Source: Tubiluchus corallicola
Lineage: Eukaryota; Animalia; Priapulida
NCBI GenBank assembly: GCA_030141605.1
Contig: JAQGDQ010000039.1
Location: 62,001-126,000 of the forward strand
Length of the DNA stretch: 64,000 bases
Direction of reading: 5' to 3'
Shown here: in pieces, positions 26,884 to 40,200 of the stretch
How the letters are laid out: every line of letters begins with the position of its first letter
Numbering within the stretch: the first letter of the stretch is position 1
The notes under the pieces: model-generated
Databases searched by the model: none
Seen by the model: the letters and a program-made list of their open reading frames with translations, nothing else
Told to the model about the DNA's origin: nothing
Translations under genes and position numbers: made by a program

Positions 26884-29800
26884 TCAGTTTTCTTCCATTT
26901 TGCTGTCTGTAGGATTAGGCAATTCATTTGCGAAAGATCTGTTGCCTTTCCTAGTCCGTGATCTTCCTCGCTTGACCACTTCTTTCATTTCAATATCCTG
27001 CAAAAAAGTTTGTCAGAGACCCAATGTTGCAGTACCAACTCGCACTGACTGGCCAGTCAATATGATTATAATAGTTTTGAATATATTTCTTTTCAAAGAA
27101 TATTAAAACAAGGACTTTGTAGGTTTGTAAATGGTGTTATCAATCTCAGCACTGCTGGTTTAAGTTGCTTTTTAATTTGCATTGACAAACTCTTTAAATT
27201 GAAACTCGCGATCATTTCACGTTTAGGAGAGCTCATTTTTCAATGACTGCAGAAAAACGGTTTAATGGAATAATAAGCTTTTACAGTATTAAAATGAACT
27301 CGACATGCTAAATGATGTGTCTTTTCCTTTAACTGATATACGAAATGGCACGCGATTGCATATCGAACTTGGATGATGTAAATATGGCGGCAACAAACAA
27401 CTTTTTGTTAATCGAGAGATATATCAATTGTTGGCTCCAATGTGTTGTCATAAGTCACTACTAGCTTTCAGGTGTAGCTTCTAAATACATAACTGTATCA
27501 TGTTTTAATATGTGATATGAAAAATATGCACAGATAAAGGCATTATGTATGTTATAAAATTCCTTACCTCATTTGTTTGCTGCACCGTAGTTGCATCATC
27601 TTTCGCATCGCTCATCTCCACGTCAACTTTGGGTACAATGACACGTTTTGGCTGAACCAGCACTAAAATAGGGTAACAAGTTGACATTTAATCCTTTAAA
27701 CTGCTTTTATCTCTAGTTTACTCAGTGATTTTCTGTTGATACAACATGGATACATCATTTAGCCATTTGCAAAATTCAATTACAATCACACGATCTAAAC
27801 CATACACAACTACACATGGGACGGAGCCCTCAGGGAAAAGTTCACCAGGATTCGTACTTCGACTACTTTTAACAATTCTTACAACATAAGAAACATTTAT
27901 GTACCAAAAGATGAAATTCACTATGTATTTCCTAGAACACAAAAATAAGGTAGTTATAAGACCATTAGTAGCTACTATCTAGTACCCAGCAAACTAAATA
28001 CTAGTGCTGTTCGGATTAATCGATTTTATCTAAAATCAGTTGACCATGACGTTCGACTAAGTGCTCGATCATAAATTAACATAATCAATGATTGGTTATT
28101 ACAAGTGTAAGATTTTGTACACTTTGCCACCTGTTTCTGTCGTTTAATTGCAGTGTAAATAGCAATGAATGTCACAAATAAAATATTTTAATGAATATGC
28201 ACAAAATAACTTACGCAAACAGAACAGTTAGTTAGCAAAAGAAACTGCCGAAGATCAACGCTGAAGCAGCGCAGCTTATAGCAAGGTTTGATATGGGATA
28301 TCTGTGAACAGCACTTACCACTTTGTGATCATTTTTACTTGAATTCATGCACTGAAGCATAGGAGTGAATCAATAGGTAGTTAACGTTCTAATATAATAA
28401 TTTTACACTGACATAACTCTACAAAATATTAGGTTGATCATCGATCGTAATCGAACGTCAATGATAGATCATAGAAATGAGACCAATTCCCAATTCTACT
28501 ACTAAATTCGTCTCCTAATAGAGAAAGCTAATATGCTGAGTATAGTCCCCCGTCGTAGTTTTTTTAATATCATACCTTCCATTTCGTTCTCTGCTTTGTT
28601 AATTCGCCGTAGCTGCTTCAAAATTTTTCTTTTCTTTTTACCCGACAACGTAATGTTCGCTCTGGGATTTGTTCTGTAAGCAAAAAAATCGAGTAAGTAA
28701 AATGAGTAACATGGTATTAAGATCCAAAGTAAAAACTATATTTCGTAAATGCACGTTTCCCATTTGATCTTTGTTGCTTTATTAATTCCAAGTCCACATA
28801 AAAAGGATGTATGTGGACTTGCATGTGGAGAATATCCACATACTCTAATCGGAAAAGAGGTTTATTTAAAATATAGAAATGAGTATGTGTTTTAAAGCAT
28901 GATAATTCGGCCTCTGGCGGCTGGACAACATACAAAGGCAGGGCTTGCTCGACAAGATGTTTGTGTCATGACATGAAAGGGGCTCATTATCAACGATATC
29001 CATCTAACACGAACCACAGCCATATTTGGATGATGAAATCTACACAGTCCCTCTACAGACTATTAATTGAGACTGAGAAGAAAACTGAATTTAGAGTTTA
29101 ATACAGTATACAACTTGACGAAAGCTAATAAAATTTCAAAACTGCACAACGAAACTGCACATCATAAAAAGTAATAAAATCGACTGAATTACAGTAGCTT
29201 TATACTAGAATGTATTACTAAAAGCTACAGTAAACAAATCTTTTCAACAGTTGTTTCATGCAAGGAGCGCTAACTGGGTAATATCCAGGAATTTGATAGT
29301 AATTTTTTTATGAAATCGTTTGTTAAACCAAGCTTAGGTCAACCTGCGACGTAACGCGACTCAACTCAAATGAAACAAACAGTTCATAGATACATGCTCA
29401 GGTGGACTGTGAATGATTTCCAGCAACTAGGAAGATACAAGCTCCCACAAGTTGCAACACTGATTAGGTCGACAACGATTGAGGGTACGCGAATGAAAAA
29501 AGCTCTGTTGAGCACATGTGACCAAACCACAATCATCGTCAAACAATGCATTCCCATGAGTAGAACATGAGTAACTCGTTGGAACTGAGTTGTGTTGCGT
29601 CGCGAGCTTGCTTACGTCAGGAGGGTATACTTGGAACTGGCGGCGTACTGTATGCTGCCAGTTGCCGAGTCTTCAGTTGCATTGCGTCGCAAGTAGGACC
29701 TAAGCTTTTAGAATGCAGTTGACAATTTGTTTAGGAAACACTGTTAAAAACTAAGGTAAGGCTGTTTGTCTTACCGTCTTTTCTTCAGTAAGTGCGGCGT

Positions 29801-31104
29801 CAAGAGGCCGATGTCAGTAACCTCTCCATGCTGTGTGCCTAGTCGTCGTTTTCTCTCCGCTCGCCTTAATCGGTGAACTTTGTTAGGATTCTTCTGTAAG
29901 GCCTTTAAGTAGAAAGACAATTTTGAACCCATGAATGATGTTACATAAAAATGCTTGTTTACCAGAACAAACTTTAGGAAGTGTAAGCACGTAGGCATGA
30001 TTCCCATAAGAACTGAACTAGTTGATTTAGTTACTTAAAAGGTAATACCAATCAACTCAGTCCTCATTTAAAGATTCTTGACATTGTAGCATGGAAATTA
30101 ATTCGACGAATAAGTTTATCTGCTCTATTGAAACACGGAGGAGCATCATACTGAGCAGCTGAATATTTCTCATTTGGCATAAAAGCTATTATTAAATACA
30201 TTGAGATAGATACAGGGTGTTCCACAGGAAACAGCACAGTAGAAACATGCTGATATGTAAATACTGGAATGTACAAAACCAAGTTATATGACAGAGACAA
30301 AGAAAACATGATTACTTTTACCTCACTATGATGCCAGGTTCAAGTTCATTTTGATTAAAACAGCAAGTTCATTCAATACATGAACCTGGCGAACTTGAGC
30401 ATTTACTTAACAAGCAACATCATTCCTATTTGTGTTAATAGGGAATACTGACAGCAGTTATTCTAGTAGGCCTTATAATCTCTTACTATGTGATTTAATA
30501 TTCAATTGCATTTCATAATTGTGATTTGATCACAAAATTTCGGCACATTAGAATATTTCAGCTGCACTGTTTCTTCTGAAACACCCTGTACTACGCTGAT
30601 ATAAATTCTGATTAACAATTCTTCTGAAACACCCTATATTACTTACAAATATAAATTTTGATTAAGAAATAGGAGGTTTTATACCAAAATAAAGAATATC
30701 TCAAATTATTCACTTTTTCTGACTATTTACATTAATGAAAAGCTTCTGGCTTCTCAGCTTGCAGTGTACCACACTGCACAAAAAAGAAGATTTGTTTAGT
30801 TTATTCTATTTGCCATGTAACAAAACAATACATAAATAAGATGAAATAATTACAGAATTAAAAAGAAGAACATGCATGTAAATAAGAAGGATGATTAGTA
30901 AATTATCAGGTCTATCCAAAAAGGAAAATTGCATGGGTGAGGCACAATATGGCAAACAGAAAAGAAAAGTGAAAGTGTAAGAATAAAAGGTAATTTATGG
31001 GAGAAAAAGAAATGTGACAACGGAATAGTGAAAAAGCTTATTGACTAAGAATACTAGTGAATTACCGTTCTCTTCTTATTATTACACTTTGCGTGGACTC
31101 CCAT
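26884..31104 (-). CDS. C11orf98: C11orf98-like small basic protein, 157 aa; exons 31066..31104, 29775..29902, 28576..28673, 27568..27662, 26884..26997
   Basis: GT-AG, phase-consistent splicing gives MGVHAKCNNKKRTALQKNPNKVHRLRRAERKRRLGTQHGEVTDIGLLTPHLLKKRRTNPRANITLSGKKKRKILKQLRR...DIEMKE...; RANITLSGKK.RK and G.V.D.GL.T.H.LKKR match human C11orf98 as recalled. Confidence 0.88.
29331..29706. mobile_element. PIF/Harbinger-like MITE
   Basis: Inverted ends AGCTTAGGTCAACCTGCGACG / CGTCGCAAGTAGGACCTAAGCT. Confidence 0.6.
30053..30155 (-). ncRNA. Candidate intronic box C/D snoRNA guiding 28S rRNA methylation (SNORD126/U18 target region)
   Basis: Minus strand: C-like ATGATGC (30143-30149), 12-nt TCCGTGTTTCAA complementary to conserved 28S TTGAAACACGGA, D'-like TAGA, terminal D box CTGA (30057-30060); same strand as the host gene. 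Confidence 0.6.
30213..30588. mobile_element. Tc1/mariner-like MITE
   Basis: TA|CAGGGTGTTCCACAGGAAACAG ... CTGTTTCTTCTGAAACACCCTG|TA; TA target duplication. Confidence 0.75.
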
Positions 31105-31693
31105 AGTAATATAGAGAATTTAATATTGTACTGGTCCAGCAGTTCTATTTACACATTGAATTGTCTACTGTATATAGCCTGGAAAAAATAAAGTATTCAA
31201 ACGTTAATTTCGGGATGGTAAATAAAGAGAAATTGTAGAAGGAGCAGCAATGGCACTTTCTACAATCAAAATTTACAAATGAACCGATTTTCACATACCT
31301 ATAGAGGCTAGACTCGTGTAAAATCTCCATACTAGCTGAATGTGTGATGTTGGGTGCCGTTTACTGCACAAACCCAGACGCTAATGTACATGCGATAAAT
31401 TTCCGCAGAACTAATGTCGTATGCGGTGAGCCCAAATACAGCATCGGTGACTGGTAGTACTGCAGAGGTTATTAACAGCAATAATTACGAGTTATAAAGA
31501 AAAATAGATGCTAACCAAGTAGTTATTCATCGCATCTTCCACATGAGTATGCAAAATACTGGGAAACAAAACAACTCACCAGCCTGTAACAAGCTCGTCA
31601 ACAAGCATGCTTTTAATATGTACGAAAGGCAAAGACACTGCAAAATTTAATAATCCATACAGTATAGTATACAATATAATTTAGTACAATAAT

Positions 31694-32032
31694 TAGGGGT
31701 GAGCAATCTCTACCAGAAAGCGAATTCGAATCTAATCGAATTTGTGATTTTCGAATTCGAATTGAGATTGAAAGATTTTCGTACAAGTTTTCGAACCACC
31801 AGTAAAAATCATTCTTACAAAGATCATGCACATTACTCGATTTTGTTCAGTAGTAAAATCACTAATAACTTGTTTAAATTTGGGCACAGAAATCCCAGTT
31901 AAATTATGCCAATTGCATGATGTTTCAATCGTTTCAATGAAAAATAACGTAGTCAGTAAAGTGCTGAATTATTCGAATCAATGGAATTCGAACTAAAAAG
32001 CTCGTTCAAATCGAATTTGATGCTCACCCCTA
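31694..32032. mobile_element. hAT-like MITE with intact 8-bp TSD
   Basis: TIR TAGGGGTGAGCA / TGCTCACCCCTA; ACAATAAT duplicated at 31686-31693 and 32033-32040; TTCGAA-rich subterminal motifs. Confidence 0.85.
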
Positions 32033-33044
32033 ACAATAATATAATACGCTATAGTATACAATTTTTTTGTGAACAGATGTGGCAACTGGGTAGTCATTAT
32101 GTTACAAAACTTTAAGAGATTAACAGGCAGTAAATAGTTCAATAGGCCACCCTATGTTTTGCAGTTAACATACAGCATAAGTATCTAGTAGTTTGAAGAG
32201 AAAAATTGTGAAAATGTGGGCCTGTTTCACTTCAAAAAGATTAATATCGAAGCGAAATTAAATATTGGCCGTTCTACTAGCTCAAAATAAGATTATTAAT
32301 TTATATTTTAAATGCATGTAATAAGTTATTCAACGTGTATTGACGCTTTCAATTATTATTATTAAATAAACAAGGACAACGGGCGCTGCCAGTATAGTTA
32401 ACGAGTCAATTTGTGACCTGTCTCTAGTGTTCCCACTTGGGCAGTCCACGTACGACGCGTGCTACTTTGGCTAGCTCATGTACACCAATGGTCCTACTTC
32501 GGCTAGTGTCCTACTCTGCTCCTAACATACTGGATAACAGGAAATGAACAGGAGTACATAAGACAATTCAATTGAACTTTATTTTCTCAATAATGGTTAA
32601 AATTCGACGTCATTTTGACATTTCAATGTAACTGTGATGGAGCAACGAAAGACCTGTTGGTCACTTGATCAGCTGGCCCTTATTAAGAATACAAGTTTAC
32701 TAAATAGTGCAAAAGTTTTCTAGGTGACCATTACACAAAAACATTACAGTATTAAAAATAAATTTTATTAGATTATATTCTAAGTAGCAGAATTGGTATT
32801 GTGTATGCTTAATCACTTAATCTAGTCAGATTTTTAAAGAGTGGAAAATAGTAAATGACAATTTCTTGTGAAGTGAATACAATGTTACATTTTGATAATA
32901 ATAATAGTTATACAATACGCATAAATTTATGATCAAAACAGAAACAGTAATGTCAAGATGCAAAAACAAATCAATAAATATATCTCATATCAAACGAAAA
33001 CAAAGGAGCAGACAAAAATATACAAAGCAAACAAAAATTATCAA

Positions 33045-33265
33045 AGAATAAACTCAAGGTAAAAAGTTGTTATCACAAGCAAAGCAAAACGGAATTCAAC
33101 TTAAGGCAAAAAATCCTATCAAACAAAAGCAACAAAAATCAACTCAACGCAATAATTTTATAAAGCAAACTCTATTCAACTCAAACTAAAAAGAAGTTGT
33201 CACAAGCAAAGCAAAACAGAATTCAACTTAGAGCAAAAATTATATCAAACAAGAGCGACAAGAAT
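33045..33265. repeat. Two-copy ~128-bp tandem duplication
   Basis: TCACAAGCAAAGCAAAAC(G/A)GAATTCAACTTA block occurs twice. Confidence 0.7.
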
Positions 33266-33967
33266 TACTGGAGACAAAATCAGAGAAAATGGAAAAGACT
33301 CGGTGGATGGAGGCCAAACTTCTGTACAGAGAATGTATGATCTGATCTGACATGTTCATTACACAGCATGAAACAGCTAAATAATGCATTCCAATTAATC
33401 TGCATGTATTTTATTAATAATGGCACTCACTAGTAAATCAGAACAAACCAACAAAGAAATCCTTTTATAGCACTGTTATAATATTTTGTCAATAACCATA
33501 AAAATGACAATACAGAATGAACAAAAATAGTAATACATGTATTATGTAAGACAGGAATATTTTTTAACTAATTTGACTAAAATATAAGAATGTAGTGTTA
33601 AAAAAGTAATAGAAATTATAAATATTGGTAAAAAATGGTACAAACTATAAAAAATAACAGAAATGTTACAACTTGTAAAATTAACTAAGTAACTGAGTGC
33701 AAAAGTAAATACTAAACAGTAGAAATACAACCACTAGTACAAACGAAAATAATTTATCGTTGGTACTAAATAACTATCTTTCACGCTAAATAATAATTTT
33801 TGACATTAACTAAGAACCAAGAATAATAAACGATGTTGTAAATGTTTTAAGCATTGGAAAAAAGATTCTTTCACAACAGTGAGATTGTTCTGCACTGAGA
33901 CTGCGTATTAACATTGAAGTGATTTCGTGAAATCAGAACTTAACTCAAAACTTTGACAGTTTGGCAC

Positions 33968-34040
33968 AATTTTCGGCATGGCATAACAGCTAGATACAAC
34001 AACAATTTTTGGTATGGCATAACAGCTAGATACGATAACT
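33968..34040. repeat. Short two-copy tandem repeat
   Basis: ATGGCATAACAGCTAGATAC occurs twice, ~36 bp apart. Confidence 0.7.
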
Positions 34041-34208
34041 GATACACACAGTGTCCATAATTGTTTGCTAAATAGCAAAAAGTAGTTTACTAAGCTCAAA
34101 ATATCCAAATCAAATTGTTTCGCAAAATGATCTCCTTTGTGGAACTGGTCAAAGTTATTAGTCTGAATAAGTAAGGTGAGTGAACAGTCTCAGTGTGAAT
34201 AAATTGTC

Positions 34209-37200
34209 TCATGGTTCATATAATTTTTTGATCTGTGCAACTGATGTTTCCCACTGTTTCTTGTGCATTGAAATCAAATTTTCTACATCCAATTTCAGCG
34301 CATCGTGCCTCTTTATATTAGATGAATACCAAGTCACAATATTCTGAAACACAAAACAACGATTAATTTTTAATGACAACAATAGCGATAATGAATAAAA
34401 AAATCCCACAATTAAAAAACAATGAAAAGGAAAGAAAGAAATTTCACAATGTTTTAAACTACCACTGTAGTTCTGTTTCAGGCGAACAGAGAAAAAATTG
34501 CAGGGAATTATTATGACTACTAAACTAATTTTTGAGGCATTTCTTGTTTACATCGTTAACACATAAAAAGGATATCACACTAAAAAAAGGACGCAAGCAT
34601 ATAGAAAAAAACTCAGGAGCATAGTAAATAACAGCTTCTGATTTGCCTGTCTGACTGTGGCATTGATTTTATACTCCTGCATTTCTCCTTTGCATTTTTA
34701 GTTACTGTGCTTCTATGTTTTTACTACAGCTTGTATCATTTTTAGTGTGATATCCTTTTTAAAGTGTGTGTTAACAATATAAATAAAGTACTCTTCCAAA
34801 AAAACCTGCTCAGCAGTTCTATTAATTCCTTGTGATTTTTTTCTCTCTTTTTTGTACTTGTTTGTTCACCTGAATAAGAAATATAGTGGTAGTTTGAATT
34901 GATGTGCATTTTGTTTCTTTTTGTTTTGAAAAGTACACATACGCTGGTAGAAAAGACATATCATTCCATTAAGAATTATTTTTTGTTCTCCTTAAAATTT
35001 TGCTTTAAGAAAATACATTGTTTCATACTTCGGCATATGAGAGCACTGCTCTGTTGGCTTAAAGAAATTTCACAGTTTCTCAGTTGCTGTAGGTCAAGTG
35101 AACCACAACAAAGTGTTTCAACTACCACAAAAATGTGACATGTGGGTAAAGCAAAGCCGTCTGCTACATCAGTTCAGTAATGTCAGTTGTTTTATGTGGA
35201 CGTTACTTAATTATGGATCTTGCTTGGGAACAAAAAAATGAACTAGGTAAAGTTCTAGCTAGCTGAAAAAACAGTTACTATTACAATAGCATGGGGCACA
35301 TCACTTAAAATGTGTCAAACAGTACTAATCTCAGTATTGCTTATCATGACAAACAATACCAACTTTGGGTAAGCTAACACTTGCTTACCAGAATGGGCAA
35401 TAGTGGCTTTGGATATCCTATGATAGTGCTTATAAGAAGCAGTGACAGAATGATGACCCATTGTGGTGCTTTTATCAGAGCAGCAAAGTAACCTTGAAGG
35501 AAGCTGTCCTACTTACTCATGAAAACAAGTCATAGTAATCTCACTTGTTCTAAAATGTCAGATTACTTATCGAAGCAACAACAATATGGTCATTGGTGCT
35601 GCAATATAATTGTATACCTAAAAATTAGTACGAAAGTTAATCACACATAGAGGGCAGCACATTTTTCAAACGACGGCCATCTTGGTTTAAAGAAAATAAT
35701 CAGTTTTACCTTGTACACAGCATCACGAACATTAATGACCTCTGCATGGCATGGCAATGGACTAACAGCGACTGCATCTGGTAGACGAGAATCTTTGTCG
35801 TCGCAGCCCAATAAGTGCAAACCTGACCAGACTTGCCTCTGATCATCTATTACTGTCACGCTTTCTGTGGACTTGTGAGTTTCCAGTGCCTCATACGTAG
35901 GTGACAGGCTAGTGAGCTGCGAGAAATAAACACAATGCAAATTTAATTGTGTGCTTGCAAACTAAAACCGTCCAGAAGTTGCCATAGTTTAAACTACGAT
36001 ATGATGCTTCAAAGTAGAATGCACCAACAATTTGGTCAAATGTCACTGTTTTTTAGAAAAATGCCAAATATATTGGGCTTTTATATTCTAGCATCAAATT
36101 ATCAAGAAAACGTTCAAAAATACCAAAAATCTAATTTTATAACTCCTTACCCACTTTTCTGTTTAGAAACTAGTACTGCAATTGCAAAAAAGTCCTATTT
36201 TCAAACTCTGATAGTAGCTCATGGAAGCAGTCATTTTACTTTGGGATTTTTCTGTTGGCATGCGCAGATGTGAGGAGACGTCTACTGGACTTAAACATAA
36301 CATCAATGTGTTTTTTCAAAGTCCGTAGCAACCAACATTTGTGCGATTGCTAAGTGTTGTGAAGAAATGTGACAAAAAACAATGGCTAACTTTAACAGCG
36401 ATTTTCTCAAGATTATGTTTTCCAGTGCGCAGCGTGCACCTGAACTTCAACGTAGATTATCTCAGCTTAGAAATAACATAGAGCTATGAGTTTGGTATCA
36501 AAATAATCCTCATGAAATGGAGATTCAGTATATGTGAATAACGAAAAAAGCTTAATTGCCGTCCTATGGACGATTTTCCTGTGCAAGCATATAATTCTGT
36601 GTGCCAAAAATCAGTACATTTGATGAAAAACCAGACTGTAGTTTATCATCAGGTCAAAGACTAAAAACATTTTCCCTTTCTTCTCTTTTTTAATCTTTTG
36701 CCTAACGATAAACCACAATGCTGAATTCAAAGATCGTGTTCTATCTTCTTTCTTACGTGAGATTTTTCATTAACGCACTACTCAAAATAGGTCTTATAAC
36801 TTTGACTGTTCTGCTACTGTATGAGCACAGATATAACTAAATGATTACAAATTATGTTCTGTTCCATTCATGAGAATCTCGGCTATCCAATCACACTATT
36901 TATTTAAGCATTTATATGTGAAATGACTTGTCTCCTGCACTTAAACATTTCTGTAATGACGTAACCGATCATTAATGCTTCTTTGTAGTTTTGTTACGAA
37001 AAACTTAAACATGGCAAAACAGCGGCGCAATGTGTCGCTGATAAATAATAAGCACTATTGCTTTCTACTTCTCCGGACCGTCCAACATTCTGTTAAATTT
37101 TGTAAAGGACATTACACCTCTATTGTGTATTTCAGAAACCAATACCATGCTGGTTCCATCTCTACACCACAAATATGTCCAAAAAATTTAATACTTGAGT

Positions 37201-40200
37201 TGTGATTCCTGCCAGAGCAAATTCTGTTTACCAATTTACCAGAGGTATTTCCTTGCAACTACAAAGAAGACAGAAATAAACTACCTTTTCCTTAATTTGC
37301 ATTTGGCTTATCATGGCATAATTTGGGATATACAGAAAGGCACTCTTCTCAATGTTCTTACTCGCGATGATCTCATCAAAAGCCGTCATCAGTGTTGCTG
37401 TGGAAGCTGATAGTGCCTGAATCTGTGAGTTGGCAGAAAGCGTGATTTGCTCCTAAAACAATAAAAATTTCTGTTATAGGCACTATATGTACATGATTTT
37501 TAATGTATTAATTCATTAATTAATTTTATCTACTTATTCTTATTTATCTGTTACCATTTACTGTGTGCCAGAAACTTTACGGATGATTTCATTACCAAAA
37601 TAAAATTGAAATTGAAAAAACTGAAAAAGAAGCCAAGTACCGGTTAATGTACAAAGCACTCTGCTAAGCGCCAAACACAATTTGAGACTAGCATTACAAC
37701 TAAAACTGCAGCGTTCTTTTTATTACAGTTTGGCAGTCTGCAATGCAGAATCTACCACTCATTGCATGGCGTACTTAAAGCAGGTGGCCGGGGTAGGACC
37801 AGAGGCTACTCACTACTATAAGGTGAGGCACAGAACTAGCAGAAGTGTCTTTACTGTCTAGGCCACGCTTGAAATCAGATACATATTCTTCCAAGGGAAA
37901 AATAATCAGGGACAAGAATTATGAAGGCTCACAAAAGTACTTAACAAGTAGTCAAAGTGTCGCAACTGAGAACTTTGATTAATTTCTTTAATTTATCAAG
38001 TAGCATTGCCCATCTTATAGCAAGAGAAAAAAAAATGATAGAAAAAGGCTCGCAAAGCTACTACCCAAAACAGTTTAGTTGTGAAGGTTCATACACAATA
38101 TTACCTTATACTTTGTCAAGCACTTATTCAATGCTTCTGCCAAGTCGGCCAAATTTGTACCCCAATCTTCACACAAGTTTTCTAATGTCTTTTCGTTATT
38201 AGGATGACCCAAAGCGGGTCGCAGCTTGCCCTGCAACTTTTCAAGTTTTGCATCAGATTGTCCGTACATATCATATGCCTAATAAATCCAAAAACAATGG
38301 TTTTTAAATAAAAAAAGATAAATGAATTTTAGATAAAGTTTTCTTGAATAGGAAAGTAAATAGGATAGTATAGGAACTATAGGAAAGTAACTTAATTTGC
38401 TTTACACAAGAGCAAATACAGTCTGTACAAAAAAGAGAATATTACATCAGCTTCTATGCATGCAAAATAATGAAAATATAGCAATCCTGATCATGAATTG
38501 TAAGCTAGTTTAAGTCTTTAATTTTTTTTGCATCCAGACAAAAAAAGCAAAATCAAATTCAAATTCAAATTTATCTGCCTCATACCATTTAATAGAAGGT
38601 TTGCTTAAATATGGTTAGTTCCCTTCATAGAAGATAAACAGAAAGAGGCGGGGTGGTGAAAGACAACCGGGTCACCTGACAGCCAACCCTTAGTAATCAA
38701 TTAATACTGAGATTAAAAAAATGGTGTTAGTAGCATTTGGAGAGAGACAATTTGCTTCTTGATAAGAAGATACATTTTCTCATGAGTAAGTTCAACTATT
38801 AAATTAACAATAATTATTATGAGTAAGGATTAGAAAGAAACGTTAAATGGTTATCCATTTATGAGCAAAATAATAGTAGCAAAGCTATTAATAGGTAACA
38901 AAACACAAAAGAATTCAACAAGGCAATAATTCAAAATGTAATAAAGTAATAATAAACAGAAAATAAGCAGCTCGACTTAAACAACTCAATACCCAACTAA
39001 ATAAGGAAGCTGTTCAAATTGTTGGCGGTAAAGCAAGCGAAAGTATCAAAAATATTTAACAATTCAGCAAAGTAAAAAATATGATAAGGCAGAAGCCATA
39101 CAACTGTGCTACTGGGCTTGCATGGCTTCAGAAAAACTTTAATAAAGCAAAAAATTCAATAAAAAAATCTCCAGCAACTAATTAGTACTACATGACACAA
39201 CTACAGGTACCATCTGAAAAAGAATTATTATACATTAATAGTTGTCATACAAAATGCAACAAAAATTTACAAATTACAATGGCACACCTGGTTATATGCC
39301 GTGTCTGTTGCTTCATCATCGATTTCCCCGAATGCAACTAACACTTTTTCAGCAAGTATTTCACACAGCTTTTCTACTCTAGCCAATTGTTCATGTAAAT
39401 CTGTGAAAAATTATAACATTTACTTAATACATTTGCTTAAAATTCACTTAATTGAAATTTCTAGCTGTTTAAGTTTCAGTTTGCACTACCCATTCTGAAC
39501 AAGGCTTGAAATGTAAAAAGAAAACACAGGTTACGGAAATAATTTTGTTTAATGTCAATATCACCAAATGTCAACAAATATTTTAAAAAAGTACCAAACT
39601 AGGCTTCCTTCATCACAAACTTCCTTATTCAATTGTTTTAATAAAATTGGTTAATTGACTACTTGTTTCTTTTGAGTAATTTTGGCATACTAATGACATA
39701 GTTCGCATTTTCTTAAGTTTGTACAGCAAAGAGTTTGTATATATGTAGAGTCGTTCACAAAAAAATGTTTCTCTGAATTAACTCTAACAAATACTGTTAG
39801 AGGCATATGCAAAAAGACCAACATCGCTATGAAGACGCTATAAATTTCCCTCTAAGAACCCCACCATGCAGTGCTAGAATCATTTTTCCACACACACAAC
39901 ATTCAAACATTACATCACACCTTCGATGCACTTTGTAGCAAACTCCAGTGCCTGGTTATAGTACACCAGCGTCTTGTCTTGCAGTGTCTCAGCACATTTA
40001 TCAAATGTGTCGCTTATCAGCTTTGGTCGAGTGACACGGCGTAGTCCCTTGGAATTGTAATACATCTAGAAAGATTAAGCAACATTACCAACTAATTACA
40101 TTATGTTATATTGTTATAATACCAACTTATGTGTTGCTTGAGAAGCTATAATCAAAATCAGAATTTATGACCCTAAATTAATGAAATGATGGTCCCTCCT

